Assembly: GCF_001194135.2 (NCBI RefSeq)
Contig: NC_068986.1
Location: 4,107,554-4,171,553 of the forward strand
Direction of reading: 5' to 3'
Length of the DNA: 64,000 bases
From: Octopus bimaculoides
Lineage: Eukaryota
The notes below the pieces were generated by a model. The model did not search any database, was not told the origin of the DNA, and worked only from the letters and a program-made list of their open reading frames with translations. Every line of letters begins with the position of its first letter. The stretch's first letter is position 1. Position numbers and translations under genes: made by a program. Below are positions 62,225 through 64,000 of the stretch, one piece after another.

Positions 62225-62590
62225 TCTGAAGGCTTGGAATTCACATTCCAGCAAGGAGAAAAATTCTCAATTAAGACCAACTTCACATGTGCTTCTCAGA
62301 ACCTTATCTATGTCCTAACCTTCTCAGGTTGTGGCCACAATTATGTGGGCCAAATGAGCCTTACTTTGAGATGCAGAGTCATGCTACATAAAGAACAGAT
62401 TCGTTTTCCTCAAATCAGACAGATAGCCCTGAGCAAACATATCGACAGATGTGCAAGAAACAAAATGCCAAATTTCCATATTTTTCCATTATACCAATGC
62501 AAAAATTCAATCTCCTTACAAGAACGTCTGAACAAGGAAAACCTGTCCATACAAAACTACAGATCACACCTTAATATACAAACTTGACTA
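62225..62590 (+). pseudogene. Penelope-like GIY-YIG endonuclease fragment
   Basis: NFTCASQNLIYVLTFSGCGHNYVGQM..L..R..HK (GIY-YIG). Confidence 0.85.
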
Positions 62591-62944
62591 CCTGATACTT
62601 ACACATTCCTCTTTCAACAATTATACTGAGAAGTTAGTTGTCCCCCTTGTTACTTGTTGCCTCCCTTTGTCCACACTATAAACTCATTCTTATTTTTCAA
62701 GCATCCAAAATGGTGGACTTACATATGTTAGCATATTACGCTCATAGATTGCTGTTTACTGTACGTATATATATATATATATATATATATATNNNNNNNN
62801 NNNNNNNNNNNNNNNNNNNNNNNNNNNNNNNNNNNNNNNNNNNNNNNNNNNNNNNNNNNNNNNNNNNNNNNNNNNNNNATATATCCACTACAAACACACA
62901 GACTCACACTCATACCTCAACTTCTCCTCCTCCCACCCTAAATA

Positions 62945-63760
62945 CACCGAGCTTTCCATTCCCTATTTCCAATTCCTCCATCTACGCAGGCTCTGCAGTA
63001 ACGACCATGACTTTGAGACTCAGTCTTAACTCATGCCTCACTACTTCATCCTACATGGATATCCCCTCACCATCGTTCACACCACCCTTGTCAGAGCATG
63101 TTCCATAGACCGTGCATCTGCTCTCTCCCCTGCACCCACCCAAAAGTCTCCTGTCTCCCATTTCCACTCACCTACCACCCACTACCCTACCTCTCCAACG
63201 CACCCTTCTCCGAGCCTTCTGGTGATTCCAGTCTGACCCCTCCACTTTGCACATATTCCCTAACCAACCCCACCCCTCCTTCAAACGAACCCACAACCTA
63301 TGAGACCTCTTGTTTCACAGATTCTTTCCTAACCCAACTTCTCAACCCGGCTCGTTCCCCTGCTCCCACCCACACTGCCGCACTTGCCCTTACCTCTCCA
63401 ACACCACCCTCTTCACTGGCACCAATCATCGACCCTATCATATCACCAACTCCTTCACCTGCACTTCTACCAATGTCATCTACTGCACATCCTGTTCTCT
63501 CTGCCCTTCTCTATACATTGGACAAACGGGACGCCACTTGGTTAACCAGTCCGTGGAGCACCTCTGAGACATCCGACTTGGTAATGACACTCCGGTCTCG
63601 CACCATTTCTGTTCTACTGGTCACTTTTTGCAGCACCTGTCTGTGTTCGGATTGTCCTTGCACAGGGGCCATCCAGACTCCCGTTTTCGCAATGAACAGG
63701 GATTAATCTTCTCTCTTCGCTCCTTTGCACCACATGGGCTCAATTCTCCTCCCCTCTTGA
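62945..63760 (+). pseudogene. Penelope-like RT C-terminus + GIY-YIG (third family)
   Basis: SIPYFQFLHLRRLCS, HGYP, C.HPHCRTCPY and FTCTSTNVIYCTSCSLCPSLYIGQTGR.L...EHL. Confidence 0.9.
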
Positions 63761-64000
63761 TCTAACCTTCTTCCCCTCTCCTTCTTCTCTCTGACACCTA
63801 CTTCCTCCCACCCACCTCTTCTCTCTTGCTCCGACTCCTACTTCTTCTCTTCACTCCTACTCTCCTTCTCTTTTCTCTTCACTCCTACCTGCCTTCTCCC
63901 TCCCCCTCTCCCTTCATCATCACCCCCCCTTCATCATCACCCCTCCCTTGTAACCCCACCCTACACAATCCAACCCCACCTTCCCTATCCATCCCATCCC

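Overview
This is repeat-dense, AT-rich animal genomic DNA with N-gaps. It is very probably octopus/cephalopod; this is inferred from the SINE families, extreme microsatellite load and LINE/PLE spectrum. I recognise no intact host protein-coding gene, and most ORF-track entries are microsatellite or antisense artefacts. The window is a mosaic of decayed transposable elements: several R4/Dong-type (restriction-like endonuclease, REL) LINEs sitting in (AAT)n tracts, RTE and RTE-BovB LINEs, a CRE-like and a Tx1-like LINE fragment, and at least three Penelope-like (PLE; RT + GIY-YIG) families, two with degenerate minimal hammerhead ribozymes. It also holds Gypsy pol fragments, three mariners, MITEs, many tRNA-derived SINEs and two minisatellites. 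Four observations stand out. (1) A 2.1-kb head-to-head palindromic PLE is flanked by a perfect 15-bp direct repeat and carries a tRNA-like Pol III module plus a hammerhead in its tail. (2) A ~555-bp non-coding element occurs three times, always in (AAT)n next to Dong-type LINEs. (3) Two long hairpins occur at 25.3 kb and 62.1 kb. (4) CpG-decayed sequence takes over at ~36.5 kb and contains an armadillo-like candidate exon interrupted by an in-frame TGA.
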